Assembly (NCBI GenBank): GCA_030390025.1
Contig: CM059452.1
Location: 6,820,001 to 6,884,000 of the forward strand
Direction of reading: 5' to 3'
DNA: 64,000 bases
Source of the DNA: Squalus acanthias
Lineage: Eukaryota
Shown here: positions 50,831 through 64,000 of the stretch, in pieces
Layout: each line of letters starts with the position of its first letter
How positions within the stretch are numbered: the stretch's first letter is position 1
Notes under the pieces: model-generated
What the model saw: only the letters and a program-made list of their open reading frames with translations
The model's database searches: none
What the model was told of the DNA's origin: nothing
Position numbers and translations under genes: made by a program

Positions 50831-51109
50831 TAGTTGAGGTGTCCATTACATGAACAGAGATTGGAAGCATTGTCCAATCAAACAACTTATTATGAAATTA
50901 ACAGCAAGATTATTATTATTAATATTAAACATTATTCAAGTTCTGTATTGTTAGTTGGATAGCGATTGATTTGCCTGTTTTTTCACGGACACTCTCCTGT
51001 GAGAAGTACTGACAGTTCCGGTTTCTCCCCGCCCTACCCGCTATTCCGTTGACCTTGTCACGTTCCGCAGTGTTTTTGTACGGGGCTCCCTCTGGTTCCT
51101 GTCACTGTG

Positions 51110-51621
51110 TCTCTCAGCCCGCAGTGATAGACCGCGCTGTCAGACAGCCGCAGTCCGCCGATGGTGAAATTGCCCTCACTTTTCGAAGTGTCGAGAGATG
51201 CGGAAAATCGAGCCCCCGCGTCCTCTGCTCTGAAAACATCCCCGTAGGAAGGGATATAGATCAGCAATGTGGGGCCTTTGTCGCGGTCCTGACGGTACAG
51301 TTGTAAGGAATACGAATTAGTAGTGATCGAATAGCTGTAATTAATGGTCACCGAGTCTCCTTCAAACTGCATCGCTGCAAGCGGTCCCTGTGAGACCGAG
51401 TCCGCACAACTAACTCCTGCAGAAATTTAGAAATATAAAACTTTAAGCTTTTATCATCGTTTTATTATTAATATCATACCGAATAACCATAGCAAATAGA
51501 GAGAAAACGCTGTTAAAGTGATGTCAAAGACACCTGCAAGAGGGAAACTGCGAAACTTGTAAACTTTACCAGTTAAGAGAGCTGCAGCTGTGAGGAATAA
51601 AGAAAAAGTAACAGCCAACAT
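51110..51621 (-). CDS. TCR V segment, open but non-canonical (Cys23->Tyr, Trp41->Leu); leader 51621-51570, V exon 51416-51110
   Basis: Paralog of 16948-17474; RSS CACAGTG-23-ACAAAAACA (51109-51071). Confidence 0.85.
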
Positions 51622-51719
51622 GTTTGCAGAGAGTTGATGGCGCATTTGAACAGAACGGTTTGAACCTGTAATTGTCTTTTTCAAGAGTTAGGAAGATGTT
51701 GAGTAATATCCGGTCTCTC

Positions 51720-51950
51720 TGCCGATTGGTTTATTCCTGACAGAGTCAGCAGGTGGTATCCAATCAGCTCACGGATCCTTTGTTCTCCAAATCGTCCAAT
51801 CAGGTCACAGATCCTGTTTTCACCAATTAATCCAATCAGCTCAGGGGTACTTTGTTCTCCAATTCATCCAATCATCTCACAGCTCCTTGGTTTTCAAATT
51901 GATCCAATCGGCTCATAGATCATTTGTTCTCCAATTCATGACGTCAGAGC
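51720..51950 (-). promoter_or_regulatory. V promoter with reiterated CCAAT boxes and a CRE (TGACGTCA)
   Basis: Tandem CCAATCAGCTCAC units at 51760-51930 and TGACGTCA at ~51939; homologous blocks at 17570-17730 and 19310-19440. Confidence 0.6.
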
Positions 51951-52960
51951 GGGGAGCAGGGATCGGAGTGAAATCTCCTCACAACAGAGAACTGGGCGGG
52001 GAATAAACCCAATGTTGGCCCTTTAACAGGGTCAGTCTGTGAGGTGGCGGCAGTGAAGGGAAATAGTTCATGTTGTTCTGGCATCAGTGCCGGAGGCTCC
52101 CATCAAAAGAGCTGCTCACTGACCATTAGACTTACCCACCGCCGTTATAACGGGGGGTTAAGACGGCCAGCGGGTCCTGAGGGATTTGAACACAACGATG
52201 CGGTAAATTAGACAAACGGCACGTCTTGTATGAATGAAATGGGAAGTGAATTATAGGTTTGAGTAGAATGGGAAGGAGAAAGCAGCAAATGGGATAAGTG
52301 ATATTGAGGTGAGCTGCTTAGTAAAACTAGCTACAACATCTTGACATTTATAATACCTTAATAATTCATAATAACATTTAAAATAAAACACAACTTGCAT
52401 TTGAATTTAATGCCGCTATTGCCAAATCTGTTAATTTAATACATTTTCATAAATAAAGTAACTGAGCAATGTTTCAAACATGAAAAGGAGAAAGTTACTG
52501 GGCTAAAGTGAAAGAGCCGGGGAGTGGGAGTAATTGGATTTCTGTTTCATCGAGCTGGCACTGGAACAAAGGGCCGAATGGCCTCCCCCTGTGCTGTATG
52601 ATTCAATGATTCGATAATTCAATTAATGGTCTCCGTCTGCAATTGAAGTGACTAAACTAAACACTGCTTGGGGATCAGCCTTGGCTCAATAGCCAGTGAT
52701 AATTTAAGTTGACTTAAACTTCCCTGTTTAACAGGCAAAGGCTAAAGGTTAACATTACTGCAATATGAAATAGCAATATAACATTAGCAGACTTTAGATC
52801 AGTCTGATTAACCCTTTTCTTACGCAATGAATGGAGCCTGTGGAACTGTACCCCACAAAGGAGTCAACACATTCAGAGAGCAGAGGAGCGGTGTGGAGAT
52901 TGTCTGATAGGCACCTGCAGGAGATATTGTACTGGAGCGCTCAGCCTTTGTCACACGGTG

Positions 52961-53358
52961 CCTCACTGCACAGTAATACACTCCAGCGTCTGATACCGCG
53001 GTGCTGTCCATACCGAGAATGTTATAACTTCTTGTTGGGTCAATGAAGAGTCTGAATCGTCCGTCAGTGGTGTTGCCCTGGATCGCAGATATGATAAATT
53101 TCGGGCCACGATTCTGTAGTTGTCTGTACCAGAAGATACTATCAGTGCCGCTGGTGGTCGCGTTGCACTGGATTTGAATCGATTGTCCCTCTTGTGCAAA
53201 CACTTGCTGTGGTTGGTGGATCACAGCCTCGCCGCCGATAACTGTCGATACAAAAGAGATGAAAAATTAGACACAAGAAATATGTTTTAATGGTGAACGC
53301 TTTTCTGCACAAAACACTCACCTAAAATCAAAAAAGTGAAAGTTACAATTTCATTCAT
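52961..53358 (-). CDS. TCR alpha/delta V segment, intact (leader 53358-53322, V exon 53241-52961)
   Basis: QIQCNATT..IFWYRQ..DAGVYYCAVR; RSS CACCGTG-23-ACAATATCT (52960-52922). Confidence 0.91.
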
Positions 53359-54619
53359 TTCGTTTTCCGAGTTTCTGCGCTCGGTGGTCCGAGAGTATTA
53401 GTGGAACATCGATAAAATTCGGGAATATTCTAATATGCTAATGTGCTATTCTAATGATGATATGATTTTCAGGTATGATGGTTCGTATCTCTTTTATACT
53501 CACTGAGGACGAGTGAACAATGCAAGTGATGACGCTTTATTCTAACTGACACGCCCTCTGTTGGCCCGGTTTCACATTGATCTTCTTGAATAATAGCCAA
53601 GGTTACCATTAACTCATGCAGTGCTAGTGGGACAGTGAGTCTGGGACCAGGGTTCATATCCAGCCCAGGCAGCGTGGGATGAAGGTCTCCTCTCCCTCTG
53701 ATGGGGGACTGAGTGGGTCAGTGTGTCAGACACTGACCTTTCACCCTCTGGGACTTGGTTTGGAATCCAGTGGGGACAGAAAGGATGGAGATCTATTGTG
53801 TTTGATGGGGACCGAGCAGATCAGTTGGGTTAATGTTAATATTTCTCCTCCATTCAAATACAGCCCATAAAATGAGTAAATGCCGCATTTGGTTTTGGAT
53901 CGGAAGGTCTTGAAATTAACGGGGGAGGGGTTGAGGCTTGTTGCGGCCGGGCCGGGATATACCTGACCTGTGCTGTTTGCACTGGTGCACAGTATTGATT
54001 CTCTCGCCCTCTACAACAGTAACCTTCACCTAAGCGAGTGTAATCTCCCGGGAATGGAATCCGAAAGAAACACTTGGATATTTTCACTGCAATGAAAACT
54101 AGCGACACATCAAAGCACCCCCTGGCGGCCCGTTCGGGTAAATACTTATTTTTCAAATCTGTCATTGACAGAGAGACAAGGAGAGAAACACAGGGAGAGA
54201 CAGTGATAGAAAATGAGGGAGAGACAGGGAAATAAACAGATAGAGATACAGGGAGAGAAATTAAGTGAGAGACGGAGAGAGTAAAATGGAGAGACAGTGA
54301 GAAAAATGAGAGAGAGACCGGGAGGGAAATAAATGAATTTACAGGGAGACAACAGAGGGGTGGATGATAAGAGGTGGGAGAGAAACAGAGGGAAAGGCAG
54401 CGAGAGAGAAACAGATGCAGCAACAGGGGGACATACAGACTGAGAAACAGAGAGAAACAAATGAAGGCACAGTGAAAGAATCAGAAAGAGAAGGAAAGAG
54501 AGAGAGAAACAGACGTAGAGACAGCGAGAGAGAAACAGATGCAGCAACAGGGGACATACAGACTGAGAAACGGAGAGCAGCAAATGAAGGCACAGTGAAA
54601 GAATCAGAAAAAGATTCTA

Positions 54620-56660
54620 ACTATCGTTCCATGGGTAACTAAGGAAGTAAAGGATGGTATCAAATTGAAAACAGAAGTATACAATGTTGTGAAGAATAGT
54701 GAAAGGCCAGAGGATGGGGAAATTTTTAAAAAGCAGCAAAGGACGACTAAAAAAATGATAGAGAGAAGATTGCTTATGAGAGTAAGCTCGCAACAAATAT
54801 AAAAACTTACAGTAAGAGCTTCTACAGGTATAAAAAAAGGAAGAGAGTAGCTAAAGTAAACGATGGTCCCCTAGAGGATGAGTCTGGGGAATTAATAATG
54901 GGAAACAGGGAAATGGCGGAGACCTTGAACAAATATTTTGTATCAGTTTTCACGGTAGAAGACACGAAAAGCATCCCAATAATGAATAATCAAGGAGTTA
55001 TTGAGGTGGGGGGGGACTTAAAACAATCACTATCACTAGAGAGAAAGTACTAGGCAAACTAATGGGACTAAAGGTGGACAAGTCCGCTGGACCGGTTGCG
55101 TGAATCCTAGTGTCTTAAAAGAGGTGGCTGCAGAGATAGTGGATGCATTGGTTGTAATCTACCAAAATTCCCTGGATTCTGGAGAGGTCCCAGCGGACTG
55201 GAAAACCGCAAATGTAACGCCCCTATTTAAGAAAGGAGGGAGACAGAAAGCAGGTAACTATCGACCAGTTAGCCTAACATCTGTCAATGGGAAAAATGCT
55301 GGAGTCCATCATTAAGGAAGTGATAGCAGGACATTTAGAATATCATAATATAGTCAAGCAGAGTCAGCATGGTTTTATGAAAGGGAAATCATGTTTGACA
55401 AATTTGCTGGTGTTCTTTGAGGATGTAACGAGCAGGGTGGATAAAGGGGAACCAGTAGATGTCGTGTATTTGGATTTCCAGAAGGCATTCGATAAGGTGC
55501 CACATAACAGGTTACTACATAAGATAAGAGCTCACGGGGTTGGGGGTAATATATTAGCGTGGATAGAGGATTGGCTAACTAACAGAAAACAGAGAGTCGG
55601 GATAAATGGGTCATTTTCAGGTTGGCAAGCTGTAACTAGTGGGGTGCCGCAGGGATCCGTGCTGGGGCCTCAGCTATTTACAATCTATATTAATGACTTG
55701 GATGAAGGGACGGAGTGTAATTTGCCAAATTTGCTGATGATACAAAGATAGGTGGGAAAGCAAATTGTGTGGAGGACGCAACGAATCTCCAAAGGAATAT
55801 AGGTAGGCTAAGTGAGTGGGCAAAAATCTGACAGATGGAGTTTAATGTGGGAAAATGCGAGGTTATCCACTTTGGCAGGAAAAACAAAGTAAATTATTAT
55901 TTAAATGGGGAGAGATTACAAAATGCTGAGGTACAGAGGGATCTGGGGGTCCTTGTACATGAATCACAAAAAGTTAGCATGAAGGTACAGCAAGTAATTA
56001 GGAAGGCAAATGGAGTGTTGGCCTTTATTGCAAAGGGAATGGAGTATAAAAGTAGGGAAGTCCTGTTACAACTGTACAGGGCGTCGGTGAGACCACACCT
56101 GGAGTACTGCGTACAGTTTTGGTCTCCTTATTTAAGGAAGGATATACTTGCATTGGTGGCAGTTCAGGGAAGGTTCAAGAGGTTGATTCCGGAGATGAAG
56201 GGGTTATATTATGAAGAAAGGTTGAGCAGGTTGGGCCTATACTCATTGGAGTTTAGAAGAATGAGAGGGGATCTTATTGAAACATATAAGATTCTGAAGG
56301 GGCTTGATAGGGTAGATGCAGAGAGAATGTTTCCCCTCGTGGGGGAATCTAGAACTAGGGGGCATAATTTCAGAATAAGGGGGCACCCTTTTAAATCGGA
56401 AATGAGGAGGAATTTCTTCTCTCGGAGGGTCGTGAATCTTTGGAATTCTCTTCCCCAGAGAGCTGTGGAGGCTGGGTCATTGAATATATTTAAGGTGGAG
56501 ATAGACAGATTCTTGAACGATAAGGGAGTCAAGGGTTATGGGGAGCGGGCAGGGAAGTGGAGTTGAGGCCAAGATCAGATCAGCCATGATCTTATCGAAT
56601 GGCGGAGCAGGCTCGAGTGGCCAAATGACCTACTCCTGCTCCTACTTCTTATGTTCTTAT
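54620..56660 (+). mobile_element. CR1 LINE, 5'-truncated (RT domain and 3' tail), frameshifted
   Basis: [45 protein letters not shown] tail. Confidence 0.95.
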
Positions 56661-58047
56661 GTAGAAGGAAAGAGAGAGAGAGAGAAACAGATGTAGAGAC
56701 AGTGCGAGAAATAGAGAACAACAGTGAGAGTAAGAGATTTAGAAAGTGAGGGAAACAGATGTAGAGTAAATAAGAGGAACAGAGAGAGACCATGAGAGAA
56801 GCAATGTCTATGAACTCCAGGGAAAAAAAACAAATTACATAAATATATAAGATAGCACGTGATATGGAAAAGGGTTAATGCGGAAAATGACTTAAATTAA
56901 ACAGTGGCAGTAGGACAAGTGTGCACAGGTTCAAACTAGTAAATCGTAACTTTAGGACTGAGATGAAGAGATTGTTGGTCACACAGAGAGCGATCGACAC
57001 TTGGAATGGACTCCGGTCAAAGCGACAGAATCCAACATCAAGGGATGAGTTTAGTAACAAATAAAGGAAATTATGGGGGTGGGGTTTTCTGGAAGGATAA
57101 ATTAAAATGGGTTCAACGGCGTTCCTCATCCGCAAGTACCATGTAATCTTGCGTTTAATCTGCTGCAGTGAACAGGCAAACACGACGAGGGTGCTCCCTC
57201 TGGTGGCGATGTGAGGTAATCGGCTCTCTGCCTGGAAAATCGTTTATTTCTCAAATTACTGGTGGTTGTTATTGCATGATTACGTCAGATTTTTCTTGTT
57301 ATTATTAGACACTTTAATGCATGTAAACATATACACGGCGTTAATGACAACTTCAGTGTAAATCCCGGTGATTCCCTTTGTTTATTTTTAATATCTAAGA
57401 CATAACCGATGAATGAAGCTCGTTCAAAACAGTATGAAACCAGACAGATTCCGACTCTGAGGTACCGCGCCACATACAGTGGGTATTGCTTTACGGCGCC
57501 ATATACAGTGGGTATAGCTTCGTCTCATGATTCCCGCCTGTCTAATATAGTGTGAGATTTTTAAAGTAACTGCTGCCATTTCAAACATGTCTCTGAGCTG
57601 TAGTTGTCATATATTATCTATTATAACTGCAACTATTAATTGAGCATTTTGTTGTGTTGAAACGAGAGATTGGGACAAATTGGTTTTCTACACGCTGCAC
57701 CTTCATGGAACACGACAGAGAGAGAGAGAGAGACAGAGAGAATGGCAGACAGAGAGAGACAGACAGGCAAACGCCAGAATCAAAGAGAGAGACAGAGACA
57801 CAGAGAAAGCCAGCGAGACAGAAAGAGAAACAGGCAGAGAAATTAATTGAACCAAAACTAACACTGATTGGTGCCCAACTGTCGTCTGTTCTGAGAGAAC
57901 AGCCAATCCTGTCACTGCGAAACGCCCCTCAGTTTCCCAATAAGTGAAGCCTGCCCCTGATCTGTGTTTACTCTTTAATATCAGACTAGAAGGATCAACA
58001 TATTTAAAACCTTCGGTGATTTTCTGTCGAACTCTAAACCAGGCACC

Positions 58048-58485
58048 ATGTGCTCTCCATGTTCCTTACTGGTAATACTGGTGATGCTGCCCGGTGAGTC
58101 TATGTTTAAAGGGTCAGTGTGTGTTCCAAGGGTTATATTCACTCCCAGACTTTTGACACATTCTGTGTTTTGTTACAGGAACGAGTGGCAAAGATTCAGT
58201 GTCCCAGGATCCGCCTGAATTAACGGTTCAGGAAGGACAGACCGTAATACTGAACTGTAGTTACTCGACAACGTACAAAGCCCCAACTCTCTTCTGGTAC
58301 ATCCAGTATCCCGGGGAAGCTCCACATTATTTACTGAGGAGATATAGCTCGGGGACGGGAGATCAGTCTCCAGATTTCACAGAGAGGTTCTCTGCTGTTT
58401 TGCACAAAGAAAACAAAACGGTTCCGTTAAATATCGCCGCGGCTCTTGTCTCCGACACCGCCGTATATTTCAGTGCCATGAGCCC
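58048..58485 (+). pseudogene. Family-A V, open frame but Cys104->Ser (leader 58048-58093, V exon 58179-58485)
   Basis: DTAVYFSAMS; RSS CACACTG-24-ACAAAAACC (58486-58525); degenerate CTCF motif at ~58551. Confidence 0.87.
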
Positions 58486-59610
58486 CACACTGCTGCAGAG
58501 ATGCAGCGGATCCCGTACAAAAACCTACGCTGAGAGTTCCAGTTGGTGCTCACCAGAGGCGCTCTCACCCCGATTAACAATAATTCAGCCTCCAGAGTGA
58601 CAGCAACAAAACGCAACACCTAACAAGAACAGATGAGGTACACTTGCGGAATTATATTAGTTTGTGATTTCAGCTCGCATTTATAATAAAAATTAACTTC
58701 ATCAATCATATCTGTGGAGCCTTAAATCCCCTTTTATACTTTAAAAAAGAATAAAAGACTTGCATTTATATAGCACCATTAAAGACCACCGGACGTCCCA
58801 AAGCGCTTCACAGTCAATGAAGTACTTTTGACGCGTAGTCACTGTTGTAATGTAGGGCACGCGGCAGTCAATTTGCGAACAGCAAGCTCCCACAAACAAC
58901 AATGAGATAATGACCAAGAAATCTGCTTTAGTGATGCTGGTTGAGGGATAAATATTTGCCAGGACACCGGGGATAAGTCCCCTGCTCTTCTTCGAATAGT
59001 GCCATGGGATATTTTATATCCACCTGAGGGAGCAGATTGGGCCTCGGTTTCATGTCTCATCCGAAAGACTTTTCTGTTCTTGCCTGTAATATTGTGCAGT
59101 CCTTTACACATCTCCCCTGTCAGTTTCCCGGACCCTTTTATCGCGACCTGTACTCTTTGATCAGAATATGTTGCTGGGACAGAAACTTTATACACAATGA
59201 ACAGATTTCAGATTTTCAGAAGGTACTGATTGTGCTCTTTAAAACAAGCCCCAAGCACAGAGTTCCCAAAATGTCCATTGTCCTTCAGATTGTCTCTTCC
59301 GTGCCGGAATATTTTTTGTCACCATCTACAATCCTGAGTTTCCGGTTACAATAACCAGACAATGGTTTAATTCCCACCCCAGTCTCTAAAAACGGAAAAA
59401 TTCGCCTGTAAGGACACTGACTATGGCCCAGCTCGGGGTGTTTCCATTCACTGGCAGCCAGCTCACCACCTACCGGTCTCACAGCACCACTGGGGACACC
59501 AGGAAGTGAGGTGAGAGCATCCTGAGACACGACAGCAGATTACTGAGGGCGGGGATTAGAAGGGGTTTCTTCAAATATCCAACCCCCCTTTTACAGAGCG
59601 GACAGCGACA

Positions 59611-59660
59611 ATGCGGCTACTCAGCATATGGGTTGCGTGAGGAGCATTTCTGGCCGGTAA
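59611..59660 (+). pseudogene. Dead leader of the 15684 family followed by an L2 fragment (paralog of 31836)
   Basis: ATGCGGCTACTCAGCATATGGGTTGCGTGA contains an in-frame stop. Confidence 0.7.
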
Positions 59661-60225
59661 TTATGGATCAAACGCATTTAATCTGCTTTGATTTCCAACA
59701 GAGGCACTGGAGCAGGGCAGATATCTCGGAGTGTTGTGGGGCTGGAGGAGATTACAGAGATAGGGAGGGGCGAGGCCTTGGAGTGATTTGAAAACAAGGA
59801 TGAGATTTTAAAATGGTGGCGTTTCAGACCGGGAGTCAAGGTCAGCGAGCACAGGTGTGATGGGTGAACTTGACTTGGAGGGAGTTAGGATACAGGCATC
59901 AGAGCTTTGAATGTGCTCAAGTTTACGGAGAGTGCAAGGCAGGAAGCCGGCCAGGAGAGCGTTGGAATAGTCGAGTCTAGAGGTAACAAGGACACGAATG
60001 ATGGTTTCAGCAGAAGGTGAGCTGCGGTGGGGGCGACGTTAAAATGCTGTCACCCAATTAAGGCATTCGGTCCCTTTTACCAGGAATAGAATTGCACGAG
60101 ATACTTCCTCACCTTCTGTTATACCTTCCTTTAGAACAGTTTCTTACTTTACTCAGTATAACAGATTGCAACGGGAAATAGAACTGTTATTCCAAGGGGT
60201 TGTTGGTGGAGATACAATAGAACCC

Positions 60226-60680
60226 ATGTCGTACCGTCTCCGCGTTATTTTGTGGCTGGTGATCGGTAGGTATGGCCAGGCCTTGTGTCTGTTTGCACCA
60301 ATGTGATACTAATAGGCTTTCTATCTCAGTATTGTATTCAACCATCAGTTAACTTTTATTCAGGGGAGATTCAAGCAGTTTCAGTGTCACTGAAGGAGAT
60401 GGTGTGAAAATAGACTGTAGCTACACAACAAGGCTCAGTAACCCCGATCTGTACTGGTACCAGCAGCACACGGACCAGGCTCCGTGATTTATTTTGTATA
60501 GGGATAAGAGTGCCAAAATAAGGCGGATTTTACCAAGGGAAGGTTCAATGCCGGCCAAGCCAATACAGAAACAAATATCCTTTAACGGTCACTGGAGCGG
60601 AAATCCAGGGCACCGCCGTGTATTTCTGTCTGCTGAGCAGCACAGAGTTTTAAACTCATCTGTCGCTGTTAAAATCCTCG
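60226..60680 (+). pseudogene. V pseudogene (paralog of 32458) with deletions, stop and degenerate RSS
   Basis: Leader MSYRLRVILWLVI; KIDCSYTT..LYWYQQ; GCCGTGTATTTCTGT; CACAGAG at 60641. Confidence 0.8.
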
Positions 60681-60752
60681 GCGAAATAAAACTGCCGGAG
60701 AGAAAGCCTCCAGTTCAAGGCAACCCGCCCTTGTCAATAAGTATCAGCCATG

Positions 60753-60800
<48 letters not shown>

Positions 60801-60984
60801 GTCCATACATATACACGCACACAGGTAAGATAAACCCAGATAACCACAACTGGTTGACATGTTGTTGAGGATCTATATTTATATTCAGCTGAGTTGTTTG
60901 AGACGGAAGATCTTTAAGAAGTGATCAGACAGCGCCCTCCTGTGTTCCTACAACCCTCACATAGAGCATTTGAAACACTGAAAC

Positions 60985-61500
60985 TCAGACTGATAAACGC
61001 ACACAGACAAACATGCACAGATCAACACAGGGAGGCTGATAAACACAGACACACACATTGACACAGGGAGACAGATAAACACACACAGACAAACATGCAC
61101 AGATAAACACAGACACACACATTGACAGAGACAGATAGATAAACACACACAGACAAACATGCACAGATCAACACAGGGAGGCTGATAAACACAGACACAC
61201 ACATTGACACAGGGAGACAGATAAACACACACAGACAAACATGCACAGATAAACACAGACACACACATTGACAGAGACAGATAGATAAACACACACAGAC
61301 AAACATGCACAGATAAACACAGACACACACATTGACAGAGACAGACAGATACACACACAGACAGATAAACACACACAGACAAACATGCACAGATAAACAC
61401 AGACACACACATTAACACAGACAGACAGATAAACACACAGACAAACACGCACAGATAAACACAGACAGACAGATAAACGCACAGAAAGACACAGACAAAA
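60985..61500. repeat. CA-rich minisatellite, inverted relative of 9765-12190
   Basis: ACAGATAAACACACACAGAC units. Confidence 0.9.
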
Positions 61501-62371
61501 ATGTTCGAGAGGAAACTGTGGTTAATGGGAAATTCTGAAGTAGTGACGTTGCGACAACATCGTGTCAGATTTTCATTTCTAACAAATGGAACTTTTTTCA
61601 TCAACAAGAAAAGACTAAAATCGATTCCTCATTAACCGTCAGCATCGCGTTTAAAACACGGTTAAAATGGGAATTCTTTTGAAGAATAGACTTCAATCGA
61701 AAGGATTTCTTCGTCCTTAGGAGCATTTCGGGATGTGTCCAGGACATTGTGGGTGAGGCCGGTAACGGTCAGACAGAATCCTCACCCATTCCCGGGATCG
61801 GATGATCAGATGTCCGGGACAAAGCAGTGCAGCTCACGGAGCCTGTGTGCCGGGGCCGCGGGCAGGGTTGATGAACACAGACAGCGACAATGATCACCGG
61901 CAGCTCATTGAAACCAGGCTCTTGGCTTGAGTCAGGAAAAGGCTGGACTCCGTGTGGTGACAGAAACATTTCAACTTCTCCCCTTCAGTCCGAGAGCTGC
62001 AACTGAGAGGAGGCACCGGGTGAAGTGCGGGGTCCCAGTGCGGGGAGACTGCGGCCATGATGGAGTTTGGGGTTTTCGTTATTTGGGGCCTTCCAACGTT
62101 GTTATTCGGTTGGTTTATTTATTTATACATCTGTCTGTCTGTCTGTCCATTCCACTATTGACACAACTGTCTTCCATTCATCGATCTCAAGGTCTATCCA
62201 TCTATCTGTGCAGCTTTCTATCTGTCTGTCTGTATTGTTATCTCTCTGCATAGCTATATCTCGTTCTGTCTCTGTACCTGTGTATCTATGTCCAGCCATT
62301 GTTCTAATGCTTTCTTTTTCTGTCTCTTTATTTCCAGGTATACACAGATAGTAGTAAGATAATATAGTTTT

Positions 62372-62842
62372 NNNNNNNNNNNNNNNNNNNNNNNNNNNNN
62401 NNNNNNNNNNNNNNNNNNNNNNNNNNNNNNNNNNNNNNNNNNNNNNNNNNNNNNNNNNNNNNNNNNNNNNNNNNNNNNNNNNNNNNNNNNNNNNNNNNNN
62501 NNNNNNNNNNNNNNNNNNNNNNNNNNNNNNNNNNNNNNNNNNNNNNNNNNNNNNNNNNNNNNNNNNNNNNNNNNNNNNNNNNNNNNNNNNNNNNNNNNNN
62601 NNNNNNNNNNNNNNNNNNNNNNNNNNNNNNNNNNNNNNNNNNNNNNNNNNNNNNNNNNNNNNNNNNNNNNNNNNNNNNNNNNNNNNNNNNNNNNNNNNNN
62701 NNNNNNNNNNNNNNNNNNNNNNNNNNNNNNNNNNNNNNNNNNNNNNNNNNNNNNNNNNNNNNNNNNNNNNNNNNNNNNNNNNNNNNNNNNNNNNNNNNNN
62801 NNNNNNNNNNNNNNNNNNNNNNNNNNNNNNNNNNNNNNNNNN
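62372..62842. other. Assembly gap
   Basis: Run of N. Confidence 1.
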
Positions 62843-63243
62843 CTGTTTCCTGGGTAACCAGGAATGTTTTCTGCAGGACTGAGTTCTGGAGGTTCCGCCG
62901 AGCAGAGGCCAACAGATGAAGTTTTCGGTAACATCGAATAATATAATAATTCTACAATTCCTGTCACGAGACAGCTTGCCCCGAATTTGTAATGTATGTG
63001 GAAGTAACGCAGCCCTTATAGGGAGGGAGAGTTATATAATTTACGATGGAGACATTATTATTGAATTCAGTTCCTCACAGGTGGATCCTACGTGTGGCAA
63101 CACCGCCCGCGGCAGCCCCGCCCACAGCTGCCGCTGTTCCCTGTTTGGCATTGGTTGGATCAGCAGTGCAGTGGGTCGGGGTCTGTATTTCTGCTCCGAC
63201 AGAGGATTTCCCGGACTGCAGAGTTACAGACTCAGGGAGTGTC

Positions 63244-63723
63244 ATGCGGAAACGTCTCGCACCGCTCCTCATCATTATATCACTTCTCAGTAAGTATTTC
63301 CTTCCCAGTAAAAATCCATCCTCCCCCTGACTGCTGTGACTGAGATGTTATTATTGTTCAAATGATGATGATTATGTTGATTGAGGTGATGATGATGACT
63401 ATTACTGTAATTTTATGTCAGAATGGAGCCACCAAGACACAGTGGAACAGCCGGTCCCTGAAATGATGGATGAAGAGGAAAGTAATGTCACACTAACCTG
63501 CACCGTGAAAACAAGCAACAAAAGCCCTGATGTGTGCTGGTACAGTCAGTACCCCGGGAAGCCTCCACAGTACGTGCTTTATATTATTGCAGGGATAGTA
63601 AACAGGAACCCGACTTCACTGATCGATTTAATTCTACGTTTAATGAAACACCAAGATTACCGAGCTAACGATCGGCAAAGCCCTGATCTCCGACACCGCC
63701 GTGTATTTCTGTGCCATGAGCCC
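63244..63723 (+). pseudogene. Family-B V, frameshifted (leader 63244-63289, V exon 63422-63723)
   Basis: TLTCTV..CWYSQYP; frameshift near 63610; RSS CACACTG-24-ACAAAATCC (63724-63763); CTCF motif 63788-63802. Confidence 0.87.
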
Positions 63724-64000
63724 CACACTGCTGCAGAGATATAGCGGATCCAGTACAAAATCCACACTGAGAGTTCCAGTTAGTGCTCACCAGAGGGCGC
63801 TCTCACACCGATAAACAGAAGCGATAATTCAGCCTCCACAGTGAGAGTCACAGGGAGATTCTTAAAAGGGCAAAAAATACAATACTCAACATCAACATGT
63901 GAACTCCACTGCCGCAATTATATTAGCTGGTGATTTCAACTCCCATTTATAATAAATAAAATAACTTCACAAATCCATCTGTGGCGCCTTACCCTTTTGT

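Noticed and set aside
53854-54642. ORFs over the GA-rich tract
   Set aside because: Low-complexity simple repeat.

Overview
Vertebrate genomic DNA, very probably from a cartilaginous fish (inferred from the IgH transmembrane sequence and the CR1/SINE content). Near the left end are the two transmembrane exons and 3' UTR of an immunoglobulin heavy-chain gene (IgM-like, + strand, 4150-4426). From about 12.4 kb onward there is an array of about 22 T-cell-receptor alpha/delta-type V segments and V relics in both orientations. Most have a leader exon, a phase-1 intron, a V exon and a 22-24-bp-spacer RSS. No D, J or C-domain exons were found. The array contains local segmental duplications, many CTCF-type motifs, CR1/L2 LINE and SINE fragments, and TG-rich minisatellites. 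A ~10.6-kb 27-bp satellite carries four Penelope-like (RT + GIY-YIG) insertions at the same register, each with a hammerhead-ribozyme core. Two assembly gaps are present. All coordinates were counted by hand and may be off by a few bases.
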